Below, one piece after another: positions 10,101 through 23,400 of a stretch of 64,000 nucleotides of DNA. Position numbers and translations under genes: made by a program. The notes beneath the pieces are model-generated. The model had not been told where the DNA came from and searched no databases. It saw only the letters and a list, made by a program, of their open reading frames with translations. Every line of letters begins with the position of its first letter. The first letter of the stretch is position 1. Source of the DNA: Chlorokybus atmophyticus (Eukaryota > Plantae > Mesostigma and Chlorokybus algae); contig RHPI01002119.1 of assembly GCA_009103225.1 (NCBI GenBank), forward strand, positions 1 through 64,000, given 5' to 3'.

Positions 10101-11803
10101 CACCAGTGACATACAGGTGATGGTGTTTACAGTATGATGCAGAGCTGAGTGCACACACATCAAGCCCGGTTGGTACCACTCACGCATGTCGCATGTGTAG
10201 GTGGCTGGAAGCACGGCCGAGCTGCCGATGCCCGTGATAAAATCTCCCGTGGTGGGGACCACGTGGGCGGTGGGTCAGTCACTGTTGGTGGCGGGCGGCG
10301 GCTCCCACCCAGAGACGGACACACTGTCCTGGGACATCACCATCCTTCACTGCGCAAGCCCCGCACTCAACACATGCCACTCACACGATTACCAAGTACA
10401 CACTGCACTAGTGACGGACACACTCAATGCCAACACGCATGTGTGCGCACAACAAGACTGATGCAACTGATTGCCATCATCAGGAGTTGTCAGGCGTGAG
10501 TTCCTTCACCCTGGTGCCACCCGAGCACGACTTCTATCCTGCGCTGGTGTTGAAGCTGACCGTGACGACGGTGGTTGGGTTTGCCGCCAGCACGACACTC
10601 ACACTGCTGCCGCGCCAGACCGCCGTCACCCTCACCTCCGGCCCCGTCGGAGCTATGGTCGCCAACATCTTCTACCGCACGCCGCCCACCGGCGGCTTAC
10701 TCACTCACCAGGCCGTCATCGGCTCAACCTTCTACATCTCCGCATCCCCAACGGTAACACCGCAACGCTGTGTCAAATGGACATGTCTGTGTGCGTGTCA
10801 CACACGTAAATAGGCACACGCAAGCACGCGCGCAGCGTGGTGCGTGCGCACGTACACACACATGTGCATATGTGCATGAATATGCGTACACATGACACGA
10901 TGTCCTGTTGCAGACTGCATACGCGGGTGTCCCGTACGTATTTGCGGGCTGGTCCGACGGCGGGCTGCAGAACCATGAGGTGATTGTTCCAGCCACCCCG
11001 ACGCAGCGCATAACCTACACGGCGACGTACGCCATCAACACACCCGCTCCCGGCAGTATTGGGGCCCTTCCCGCAGGCCTGAGCCCGGCTTACGTTGGGA
11101 GCGCACCCTTCGCGGGGTTCCTCACACAGGGCGGCGCCTGGTGGGACAGCAGAACCAACATCCTCACGGTCACGGGTGCGGGGCTGGGAGCCACCGGGAA
11201 CTCAGACTCACTCTACCTGGTGTACAAGTGAGTTGCAAGCCAAAGCTGTGGCTAGGACATGTCACTGGTTGCACAAGGCTGCATAAATGATCTCACACGC
11301 GCGCACGCATGAATAAGTTTTGCGCGCACGGTCATACACGCACACCAATACCACTTTGCAGGACTGTAACACAAGTCGGTGTTGTGGACGTGGTGGCATC
11401 GATCACCAGCGTGGCGGGTGATGCGAAGGCCACGGCCGGTGTGACCATCCGCGCAGGCGGACTCGACCCTCACGCCTTCAGTGCGATACTCGTATACTCA
11501 TCCACCACGCAACGACTTGTGTTCACCGTCCGAAGCTCCCTCGGGGGTGGTACAATATCAACCTCCACCCCTTCCACGTTGTCTCTCCCAGTGTGGGTGG
11601 GGCTGAGGTACACTGCGAGGAGCGTGGCGGCCAGATACAGTGTTGATGGGGGAAAGACGTGGACCACGTGGGGAAATAATGTGGCCCCGACGCCAACACC
11701 GCTCGGGTGTGACACGGGGACGTGTGCTGCTGGGGTGGGTGTTGCTGCTGGGGAAGCGAACATCATCGCGCAAGCGGCTTTTGCGGGTCTCACCATGACA
11801 TGA
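7187..11803 (+). CDS. Secreted glucose/sorbosone dehydrogenase-like (PQQ-type beta-propeller) protein with PKD domain and C-terminal ConA/DUF1349-like beta-sandwich; 14 exons
   Basis: Signal-peptide-like N-terminus; GSDH motifs DRGLLGMA, IYLTAGDG, AYGLRNPF, IGDVGWNTWEELNR, NFGWPCYEG, GSITAL..YQGALLMGDY; PKD-like APLTVSFDSSTS..WD..YVTPGTFIATL; C-terminal TVTGAG..SDSLYLVY..AGVTIR..PVWVGL..YSVDGGKTW. Exons 7187-7529, 7732-7998, 8152-8291, 8385-8440, 8649-8843, 8935-8990, 9070-9220, 9308-9401, 9498-9529, 9651-10116, 10201-10395, 10484-10753, 10914-11227, 11362-11803. Needs a GC donor at 9221 and an AT donor at 8991. Confidence 0.8.
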
Positions 11804-12616
11804 GCTTGTGTCTCTTGTCGACAACCAACAGAAGATATTATCTTGTTCATGGCCTCAGCTGTAGTTCATCATACAGTCAGTTGTAGACTTGCTAAAAATA
11901 GCCGTGTCGGAAGGTTGAAGAATAAGCCTGTAGCTTACGAGCTTTTGAGACATGTGGACATGTTGGGCCTTTCGCACCCAAATAACTTATGGTGCTCAAA
12001 GCTGTGACCGCACACATCACGTATGTGCATTCCCTTGTGATCCTATGCCTGTGACTCTGCCAGCCAGCACTCTGCAGGGTCTGCAGGGTGCTGCGCGTAT
12101 CCGTGTGCTTGCAGCACTGTGTAGCTGCAGCTGTAAAAGTGCGGCAGTGTGCACACTCGTGCGCGTGCGCGCTGGTCTGTGCCACAGCATTGCATGCCGT
12201 GAGTTTTGCCGGTTATACGCAGTGTTATGGACCGTACCCCAACGCATGGCCGCCTCAAAGGACTGCCGTTCCCGGCATGAATTGGATTGGTAAAGCAAGC
12301 AAATGAAGCGCAACCACGTGCGCGGCAACGTAGGCTGCAAGCACCACCACAAGCAGCAGCCGCTGGTGAACGGGGCAGAGCTGTTGTGCATACCCGAAGA
12401 GACTTGCGTATAAAGTTTACTACGTAGCCTTTGTGCGTTGTGCCACAGCCCCAACCATCGCCAACAGCCTAAAACAGTGGTGAGTGTGCAAGGAGCATAG
12501 CATGTAGGAACAACAAGAATAGTCCCGGACTGAATGCAGCAAACGCACGTGTCAGGGACCATGCATAGCTACGATTACCAACACACAACGATATATCAAA
12601 AATGTGTCACTAGAAG

Positions 12617-14598
12617 CTAGTACGTCATGCTCTTGACGGTGTCAAAAAAGTGGGCAACATTAGCTTCGGGCGTGCGCGGGTGTACGCCATGTCCGAGGTT
12701 CATGATGTGTCCCGACGGCCCCGCCTTATCAATAACCTCCTTGACCTTGGCCGTAATAATATCCTGCGATGCAAACAACACGGCGGGGTCGAGGTTGCCC
12801 TGCACGGCAGCCTGACCCACCCTCTTGCGCGCATCGGCCATGTCCACAGACCAATCGATGCTGACCACGTCCACACCCGTGCCGCCCATGCGCTCCATGA
12901 GTCCGCCACTCCCGCTGGCGTAGAGGATGAGTGGCAGGTGGGGGTGCGTGGCCTTGACGTTGTTGACAATGCGGGTGATGTAAGGGAGGGAGAAGTTGTC
13001 CCAGTCTGCGGGCGGGAGGAACGATCCCCACGAGTCGAATATCTGCACAGCCTGGGCGCCGTTATCGGCCTGATAACGGATGTATATCTCCACGGACTCG
13101 GCCAACTTGTCCAACAAGGCGTGGAGGACGTGCGGGTTCTCGTACGCCAACCGCTTGATGGTGAGATAGTCCTTGGAGGATGCGCCCTCCACGATGTACG
13201 AGGCAAGCGTCCACGGCGCACCCACAAAACCCAACACGGCGGAGTCGTTGCCCACCTCCGCACGCAAAGCACGCAGGGTCTCACCCACATAGGCGAGGTC
13301 GGCCTCGGGGTCCAGCGTGCGCACGCGGTCCACGTCCTCGCGCGTGCGCACGGGCTGGTGGATGACCGGGCCGGAGCCCTTCAGGATGTCGAACGGGATG
13401 TTCATGCCCGTGAGTGGGGTGAGGATGTCGGAGAAGAGGATCACGCCGTCCGGCTTGAACGCGCGCCACGGCTGCAAGGAGATTTCTACAGACAGGTCCA
13501 CGGTCTCGGAACGCTCCCGGAACGTGGGGTACTTCTCGCACAACTCCTGGTACACCTACAATGCACACGCCTTTGTCAGGTGAACACTGAGCACCCATGG
13601 CGCACAATGCTGATGCCACACACGCGCGCGTGTGCGCGCATGGAAGTCTATGAAGTGGTGTTGCAGGTACTCTTACATGATGTGCACGCATACAAACACT
13701 TGGGCACTCACATACATGTATACATGCACATGCATACTGTGTCTAGGTTCTCCACGGCTTGCAATTGGCTACATAAACTGGTCACCTGTTGGCTTGTAAC
13801 ACTGATGCCCGCAGTGCAATTACCTAAAGCAGCGATACAAATGCAATGACAACCCACACTGCATGAACGAGTTGATTGCAAGCACTAGTTGCTGCGTGTG
13901 TGCGCGTGAGTGTGGCATAAGCATTGTGTCTATGTCCTCCATGTCTTGCAACGATGATGAACACACTTCACGAAAAAAATAGATGGTCACTACTGGCATA
14001 CGACAGGCCTGTGCTGTTGTACAAATCAAGTCACCTGTGGTAGATTAGTATATTCTGTGTGTTCACCTTTTGAACTACGTGCGATTATGTTGCTGTGTGT
14101 AGGCAGAGTAGTGTGTGTGTCTCTCCCTGTCCACCACTGACTCATGCAGATGCTGATATTTAAGCGCCATACCAGAAAACAAACAACGGTCGTGCAGTAC
14201 CAAGAAGTAACAAACGAATATGAGAACCGTGCCAACCAATAGCCACGGAACTTTGCACGCACGCAAGGAAGAAACTAAACCGAGGCCACTAGACCCACCT
14301 TCATGTAGCGTCCGGCCTGGCGCATCATCCACACGGGTGGCCGTTCCACCCTCTCGCCCCTCGCAGCGCGCACCAGCAAGGGCTCTGCGGCAGCGGCGGA
14401 GGAGGAGGAGGAGGCAGCGGCGGCGATGGCGGTGGCGCTTGAGGAGTAATCAGGGGCGACGGCGGCAGAGACTCGCAGCGGGCCCCTCCGCACTGCCGCG
14501 CGACCCCCTGCATTGCTATTCCTCTTGTGGGCAACGAGTGAGTCCCCGGACAACCATGCGGAGGCCGTTGTTGCCGCCGTTGCCGCCGCCGCCGCCAT
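12617..14598 (-). CDS. hemE: Uroporphyrinogen decarboxylase, plastid-targeted; 2 exons
   Basis: Exon 14598-14299 (Ala-rich transit peptide, [14 protein letters not shown]) joined to 13555-12617 ([46 protein letters not shown]). Confidence 0.96.
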
Positions 14599-14818
14599 TG
14601 CTGCCGCCGCTTGCAGCTCCCAATGATTGCAAATCCTATGGCAGGAATACGGTAGCAAAACCCTCACCCGGTATTCCGAATACTGAAGTGAACAAGGAAA
14701 GGACCAATGAGATTTGACGTCGTTGCACGGCATTTCGCACAAACGGATAAAACTTCAACTGATGTTAGATAAGGCTTGAAAGTACATCAACCGAGGCGTA
14801 AAAACGCAAAATCTCAGC

Positions 14819-14890
14819 AGGACGCACCCAGGTTTGAACTGGGGACCTGCTGATCTGCAGTCAGCCGCTCTACCACTGAGCTATACGTCC
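14819..14890 (-). tRNA. tRNA-Cys (GCA)
   Basis: GGACGTATAGCTCAGTGGTAGAGCGGCTGACTGCAGATCAGCAGGTCCCCAGTTCAAACCTGGGTGCGTCCT: 7-bp acceptor stem, GCTGA/TCAGC anticodon stem with GCA, GTTCAAA T-loop, U discriminator, downstream T4 and T5 runs. Confidence 0.97.
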
Positions 14891-17347
14891 AGGTGATGTC
14901 AGGCATGGTGGCTGCATATACTATAATGTTTTTAATTACAAGATGTGCAGTGCATTGGGGTCAATGCGTCTTCATAAGCCAACCGGCTGTTCGGGTATAT
15001 CTCCGACGCGTCCGTACAAATGTTGTACTACATTCAGTCGGACGTAATAAAAGTCGACAACAATAACAACTGATCAAAGTGTAGCATCGTAACTAGCGTT
15101 TCATACAACTTGTATACATTCATTTGTTACCAACATCCGTAGCTAACATGTTAGTATGATTTCATCTACAGACGACGAGCAAAATGGATCAGATTATATA
15201 TACCAAAAACACATGCAAAAAAAAAAATACGTGTGTATATATATGTATATATAAAATCGCGTATACCACGAATATACCTGATGGTTGATATGATAGTCAC
15301 ATCTGCGTCCATGAGTGTGGGTGCTGACGCACATACGCTTTCATAAACGTTAAATTTTCATACCATTATCACGCATTTGGCTGCAATAGCGCAAGGGTTA
15401 AGTTTTGTATTGCTTACACACGAGGTGTGCATGTGCATGTGCGTACGTGCGTACACGCTTATAATCGCATTTTTATGTAAGTGCTGTAGTCAATTGCCTT
15501 CAATAAATGCATGACACGTTTATCACGAATGTGCGTCATAATTTTTGTGGTTCAAGGGGAAACATGCCGTGAATGACAGTGATTTAAATTGCTAGGCCAA
15601 AGTTCAACATTCACAACATTTAAAGTAATCAGACCATGACGCTCAGATAAATTGATTCGGCTGCAGTGCGTTGCTTGGTGCCCCTTTTGTGTTAGCGATT
15701 AATCGTTGGTGTTGAGTGGTAGGGTGTGAAACAGTTAAAGTGAGGGTTAGAAAGATGGCATGTGTTTGGGGAATTGGGCCCGCCCCGACCTCGTACTGCA
15801 AAAAGCGCGCGCGTTTTAACCGCTAACTGTTGCAATTCTGGTGGCAAAACGCCGATATCTGGACTCCGCCGTTGCAACATTGTTGCTGTAGATATGCCAA
15901 TGAGATAATCTACAGCATTGGTGCAATGATTGGCATCTCTACGCTAACCCGTTTGATCACAATTGTGTGTGACTAAATAGTAGCCTAACAACGCAAATTA
16001 TTGTTTAGTTAAGTCTTAACGTTAAGGTGTTTAAGGTTGGTATTATTTTACCAATCATAATACCATTGTGTTACCCACTTGTAACCTTTAACCGTAACGT
16101 GACACATACGTTACTACTTAATTTGCCACCTTGGTAAGTGTGTTACATGTCATGTCATATGGGCCATGGGCAACAATATGCCGGCGTATGTGCACCGCGC
16201 ATATTAAGCTCATTATTCGTATTTACTTGCATGTTTGGAGCAGTTGCATGACGTGGGGATGTGCTTTGGATGGTCAATGTATTTCTTACAGATTGAACTG
16301 GCTGATAGTTAATAGACGCCGCCTAGCTAATGAGCGGCAGTTGCAGGTGCCGTATGTGATGCCATGGTGAGGGCTTTGCGTGCGCCCTAATGCCGGCCGC
16401 CCCGCCCAATCAGCCGCACCGCTTGTTGGCCTTGTTTTTTGAGGATCCATCTTAACGACCATCAACTCTCATAATTTGCAAGCATACATGTACATGACAT
16501 TTGTGTCTTTCTTTTGGAGAGAGTCTTACATGTGGACAAGAGCGTAAATAAAGGGGTGTTGGTGTTTAAACAAGATTCCATCCGTATGGCATGGAGAGTG
16601 ATCCAAACGATTTTCGCCTGACACACTTACATGACAATATCATATTACTTTTTTCAAAAAGGGAGGTACCGGGTGGTTGGAGTTTGGGGTGGCTTAAAAA
16701 CCTGATATTATAGCAATTCATATGTAAGCTGATTATAACATGCAAGCAAGACAGTATTACCATCCCAATAGGCATTGATTGCGGACGTACATGTGGTTTA
16801 TAATTAAGATCTGATTATCTAAGTAAAGAGCTGTTAACTGGCCTCTACCCCAATCACCATCCCTTACAAGTTTGGTGTGTATACACGCAGAAGAATGAAG
16901 ACGGTATGCGTGTTCGAGTGTAAGTGTTAGTGTAAGTGTCGAGCAGATGATCTGAAAAAACTGCGAGTGAGTTGCTTGCTATCTTTCGCTTCGTTCTGGT
17001 AACAAAGTATCTTCAATACTTTCGCGCCTTAATAAAAGTACTCATAACTTTTTGGGATGAATGTGTACAGTTCGACTGTGTGTATTGTGTGTATGATCAA
17101 AGAGCAAGGGCTTGCCACTTGCTGAAGACTGGGTTGACTACACACTTTTTATACAATGTTTTCTTGGGAGCATGTATGTAGTGTTGTGTGGACTTTATTC
17201 TTGTTACCTAGGCCTGCCCTTAGTCTCTTAAGGGTGAGTGCTGCTCGGTAGCGCATCGCGTTAATTGTCCGCGCGTCAGCATTCGACGTGCTGTGTCGAC
17301 CGCCGACGCATCACGTGACCTGCGAGCTAGCACTAAGCGATCAAAAC

Positions 17348-17357
17348 TTAGGGTTAG
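17348..17357. promoter_or_regulatory. Telo-box-like motif upstream of the dynein gene
   Basis: TTAGGGTTAG about 70 bp before the ATG at 17426. Function not shown. Confidence 0.3.
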
Positions 17358-17425
17358 CCCTTGGGAGGAGGAGAGCGGAGAAGAAAAACAGTTTGGGCGG
17401 CAGGGTGGGCATTGTGGAGGTCGTC

Positions 17426-20400
17426 ATGGGGGTGCCTGTGGAGGGCGCTCCCGCCGTAGCCTCCGCCACACCGGTGGAGGCGGCGGACGCACGGGTACAA
17501 TGGATGCGGCACAAGACTTGCATCGCACTGCAGGTGAGATTGTTACGCACTGACATGAACGGTTTGGAAGGTGGATTGTTGTTTTAGGGTTGACAATATG
17601 CTGAGAAGAACCAATGTTATACACAGCTATCAGAGGAGGCGTTTGATGAGTGCCTTGCTGATGATGACAACCAGCAGCACCTTGTCGACTTTCTGGACAA
17701 TGAATCCAGCAGCGACGCCCACTCTGCGCTTCTGTTCTATTCCATATCAAGGGTAACAATCATGTTGTAACTGCGGCCTGCATTCAGTTGCAGTAGTAGT
17801 ACTGAAGTGTTCATGAACAGGTCATTCACCCTGAAGTGGAAGAGAAGCCTTCAGTGCCAGAAGGAGAACATATCACCGATGGTGACGAGGGTGAGAACGA
17901 GTTGCATTCTGAGGATGAGACTGCAACTGCAGCAGATGATGGAGCCGAGGAGGAGGCAGAACCCCAGACGCCTGCAGCGACAACAACAGCTGAAGATGGA
18001 GTTGAGAAAGCAGCTGGGGGGGAACCAGATACAGGACAAGACGGAGTGGACCCAACAGCTGCAGCTGATGGACATGCTAATGGACATGCTGATGCCATCA
18101 ATGCGGAGCAGCCTGTCAAACAGCAGCCTGCACCCATCATCAGACAGGTTTGTGTGTTTACACGTACACGTGTGATTGCATGCACTGTCCTGCATCCAGG
18201 CTGATGCGGTATGGCTGTGGGTGTTGTCGCACAGGTGCTGTGCATGTGCATGCAACACCTACCAGAGGAAGCTTCGTCAAGTAGTGCGGTGTACTTCATG
18301 CGGTCGGGGAAAGCGGGTGGTGTTCAAGCCAAGGCCATAAGCGACTGGCTCAACTTTGGCGTGCTTGCGGATGGACCATCACTTGCAGCCATGGAACAGG
18401 TGTGCATGCTAGCTACTGGTATGGGTCGCAGGTTGCTTTCGAACCGGTTGAAGAAGATGTAATCACATTATCCCTGTGCAGGTGTTGTCGCATGTGTTTG
18501 TCAGGATTCTTGCTGGCTCTGGGAAAGGAAGCAAGGGGTTGCTCAACGGAGACGGACACAACGTCACCGACAACAGCCGTAATGAGCTCGTGAGCAACCT
18601 GCAAAAGTTCGCATCACAGGTACATCATATGGTGCAGGGTTTGGTGTCGGAGTAAGAGGTGTTTTTAATGTGCATAAACAAGGCAAATGCGCAACGTTGT
18701 CACAAATCTGTTTGCATGTGGCAGGTTTCGCATGCCATGCAGCAGCTCACTGGCGACATTCACTTGGACATTCCTGCGATCACTATCGATAACCCAAGGA
18801 AGGCCGCAGAGGACTTTGATCTCTTGAACCAAGTAAGTGTATGCTCTGTGTCGTGTCGTGTCGACTGCTACACTACCAGCGTATACTGCAGGTGACTCTT
18901 ACGTGTTGAACTCATGTTTGTTGTGCGTGCAGCTGGAAACCGCAGTGAACCACTGGACTTCGGTGCTGGCTTCAGCCATCCTGAAGGAGACTGAGAAGGT
19001 GAACTCCTCAACGCGATGAAGACTAGACTCCATTGCTAGCCAGCCTAGTCGAGTGTGAATCAATCTTCTTCTCTGCTTGCAGAAACCTGTTGGTAAGGGT
19101 CCTTTGGCGGAGATCGAGTTCTGGCGGGAGCGCAACGCGTCCCTCAGCGGTCTGTACGAGCAGCTGAACCTGCCGCACGTGCGATGCATGATCGAGACGC
19201 TGGAGATCGGGTCGGGAGACTCCAACTTGCTGCAGGCGTTTGCCGCGCAGGTTAAGGCTTTGATGTTCTCATGCGTGTGCGTGTGCGTGTGCGTGTGCGT
19301 GCATGTGTGCTTATCACCGCTTGTGGGTTTACACTCAGTTGCTCAACTGCTTACGTGCACTGACATCGGATGTGCTTGCGTACGCGCACAGTTTGCGGAG
19401 CTTACAAAACTGTACATAGAGGCCAAGGACAACGCCAAGTTTCTCACCACCCTCGAACGCCACTTCAAGGTCTGCACCAATAACCTTTGCAAGGGCATTG
19501 TTGTTGCTTACCGCTTACCAGCATGTGGCCCTGCAGAACATCACATCCGGCACGCTTGCGATGGTGCTGGACACCCTGCCGCCCATGATGAACGCCCTCA
19601 GGATGGTGTGGGTGATATCACGCCACTACTCCGATGACAACCGCATGGGTTCACTCATGGAGCGCATCGCTAATGAAGTGAGTGTGTGCAAGCTGCTACG
19701 ATACACACAAACAAGCACAAGCAGTTGCTTAGTCTTGTGTATGTGTGTGCGTGTATCAGATTGCGGATAAAGTAGCGGATGAGATCGACTGCAAGGTGCT
19801 GTTCCACCTCACGCCTTCGGACGCCAAGCAACGCATCGATGGCGCAAAAAGCGTGCTCGAAGCATGGTCAGAAGTCTACTTACAAGTGAGTAGCATGAAC
19901 AAATTGCACCTATCTTGTTTGTTGTGTCAAGTACTCACCCTCATCATGCATCAGGTCAGGGAGAAGATTGAGATCTCCGGTCGCGATGCTCGCTGGGAGT
20001 TCGATCGCAAGCGTCTGTTCGAGCGCACCAGCTACATGGCCGGCATATGCGGCGACCTCAGGCAGATGGTGGAAGTGGTGGACGACTTCCACAAGTTCTT
20101 GGGACCGGAGCTGAAAGCTGTCACGGGGGACGCGCAAGGCATCGACGATGTCATCAAGGTAGGTGTTTTGTTGTATGGTTTGAGATTGCTATCATGTGCC
20201 AGGGCTCATATGTGTGTATCATCTTCATCAGAAAGTGGCTGCTATGGTGGAGCCCATTGAGCAGCTGCACTTTGATGCATTCGACAAGCGCTTTGGGGCG
20301 CAATGGGCTGCTGTAACAGCAAAGTTCAATGCCGACAAAGAGCAGGTCAGTGTGTGCATTGGTTTCTCTCAACAGCACGAATTCTCTATCAGTAGTATGT

Positions 20401-23400
20401 TTCTTACGTCTTTGTGGTAACCACAGATTGAGCGAGCCACCCGCGCCTTCATCGACACCTCCTTCAAGAAGCTGCGCAGTGCCGAAGGCGCGTTCGAGCT
20501 TCTGCAGAACTTCAAACAGATCAAGAGCGAGGGAGCTATTAACAGGCAAATGATGGACAAGTTCACCGACATACTCGAACAGGTCTGTACATAACGGCTC
20601 ATGTTATGGGTGCAAAGAGCCTCAGACTCAGACTCAGAACCAACCAGTTGTAATTCTTGCATGCAGCTGTCACGCGAGATAGACGCTACCCGGGAGCTGT
20701 TTGAGCAGAACATCAGCAGCCCACTCTCCACGCGCAACCAGGTACACACGCTCATCATCAGACATGCCCACATTGCTTACTTACATGCCTTCATGACCGA
20801 CCCATGTGTGTTTGTCCACACACAGCCCCCTGTTGCTGGTGCCATCAGCTGGGCCCGCTCCCTCTTTGGTCGTGTTCGCAAGACCATGAACAAGATCCAG
20901 ACCATGGGCGACGCCCTCGTCAAAGAGGAGGCAGGCCTTGAGGTCATGAACAAGTACACTGCGCTGGCCAAGTCCATCATGATCTTCGAAAAACAATGGT
21001 TCAGCCAGTGGGCCGAAGCGGCAGATGCGATGGCTATGAACCATCTCAAGCAGCCTATTCTGAGGAAGGAAGTTGCGAGTGAAGGGGCAAGCAAGATTGT
21101 TGCCAACTTTCATCCGGACCTCACGCGTCTCATCCGTGAGACGCGCTACTTGGACAGGCTCGGGTTCACGTTCCCTGAGCTTGCCCTCAATGTCACGCTC
21201 CAAGAGGAGAAGTATCATGCGTACGTGGAGGGTCTGCAGAGCATGCTGGCGCATTATCAAGCGGTCATTGGGAGCATAAGCCCGGTGGAACGCACACTGC
21301 TAGAAGTAAGAGACAGAGCCATTGTCCTGTCATGTCTCGTGCATCATGCTCAGCAACAGCCAACATGGCACGCGTGTCATTGTGCACAGGTGCGGTTGGA
21401 GCGCTTGGAAAGGTGTTTGGATGCTGGTTTCAGCCCTCTGAACTGGAACAGCCTGGGCATACCAGAGTTCATAACTTCGTGCACAAAGGCGATCAACGAG
21501 TTCAACTCCCTCGTTCATCAGGTATTGTCCTCAGCCACTGCAGTGTGAGCACATCTCACTGCATACCCAACACTGCTATTCTTCCACCCAACACAGGTGC
21601 AAAAGAACGCCAGCATCATTGAGAAGGTTGTGGCGTCCATTGGCAATGCAACGCTTATCAAGGACATGCCAACCGACGCTGCAGAGGGAGACATCACGGA
21701 CTTACAGGTATACAACGCTGGGGGGAAGCACTTGACATGGGTGCACGCAGGTTTTACTTGAGGTTAGATTCAAGGTTGGACTCAAACACTGTTCTGTTGC
21801 CTCCCTCAGGAGTTCTATGAGAGCCTGGAGCGCCACAGACTGGAAACTGTAGACGAACTGGTCCACAAGTACGAAAACCTCCTCCACCTAACCAACTCTG
21901 CGTCATCCTGTCATCACGCACTGATAGTGCAAACCCACTTACAACATACACGTGCTATGCTTTGATGTTTCTCACAGGTACCGGACCATCGCTCCCCTGT
22001 TGGGTAAAGTGGAGGAGGCCGTGGGTGGCACGAACACGGGTCGTTCCCCCCAGATGCGCGACTACTACTTGCACTGGGAGCGCGCCATCTTCGAGGCCCT
22101 CACTCGCATGGTCCTCAACAGCATGACCAAGTTACATGCTACTCTTGCATCACGCATACCAAAGAAACAACTCCCGGGAGCGCCGAGACAAGTATTGCCA
22201 CCGCCGCTGTTTAAGATCAGCGCGTCCCTAAGCGCTCCGGAGATCGTCGTGCAACCGCCGGTGAATGACGTGACGAAGCTGTTGGGGAGACTGGTGAGTA
22301 CTACCACTAGTTGTGCATGCGTGACAAGTGTTACGTTGAGGGCTTACGGTTTGTATCTCTCCCAAGGTGAGGAACATTGTGGAGTGCACGCGGCCGTTTA
22401 TAAGGTGGATGGACGGCACGTGCGTAGAGACTCCCGATCAGCGTGTCAATGGGGAGGACGAGGAGCCTGTTGTCTTCACCTTCTATTGGGATGTGTCGGC
22501 GAACTCGCAGGCATGTGTTGGTTTCATGTGGGTATGTATCATAGTGGCATGAGTGGCATAGTCTTATAGCTGCTGCGTGTCGCAGGTTATCAAGCTGATG
22601 CTGCAGTTGAACCATGCCATCCAGAAGACCATCAGCGGCATCAACAGGTAGGTCACGCTCACGTGTAAATGCAGATGAGATTAAACATTCACAGCAGCAC
22701 TTGTCTGACCATATATGTATTCAATGCCGAATTGACTCTGTTGTGGGCAGATACATCGAGAACTGGCGCAAGTACCATCACCTCTGGAAGCAAGAAAAGA
22801 ACGTCATTCTCGAACGCTTTGCTGCGAAGAACCCAAGCTGTGCAGAGTTCGAGGACAAGCTGTCCAAGTACACAAAGGTGTGCTCACCTTCGCAGAACCA
22901 TCATCAGCAGTAACAGTAACCACTAACCCTTACATGTTTCTGCTGCAGGTTGCCAACGATGTTTGGGACCAGCCCAAAGACAAGACCGTAGACTTTGTGA
23001 TGGTTTCTGCACATCAGCTGGCCGCATCCGTGAGAGGAGAAGCCTTGAATTGGGTGCAGGTAAGCCTTACATGCAAGAATTAGCATAGTTTCACTCAAGA
23101 GACCACTCTATTACCAAATCTCAGTTGGCACTCACTCACTCCTTTGTAGGCTATCGGCAAGGTTATGAACGACGTCGACAGGAAGCTCCTTGTCGGTCTT
23201 GAGAACTCCATCAGCAAGTACCAGGAGTCGCTTCATAAGCCGCCGGAGACGCTGGAGGACCTGAAGTTCGTGCTGAACGTCGTTGCTAGTTTGCACGCGC
23301 AGTCCATGCAGGTGAGGGGTGGGATGGATGAATGCTTGATATGTCGATAGGATGCTGTTGACATGTGTCCGCGTGCGTGCAACAGATGGAGATTGAGTAT

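Noticed and set aside
12650-13849. 399-aa plus-strand ORF, and similar long ORFs opposite the dynein, CGS and gypsy coding regions
   Set aside because: Antisense shadows of GC-rich real coding sequence.
975-17030. E2F-like TTTCGCGCC sites near 978 and 17020
   Set aside because: Short motifs that could arise by chance, with no supporting data.
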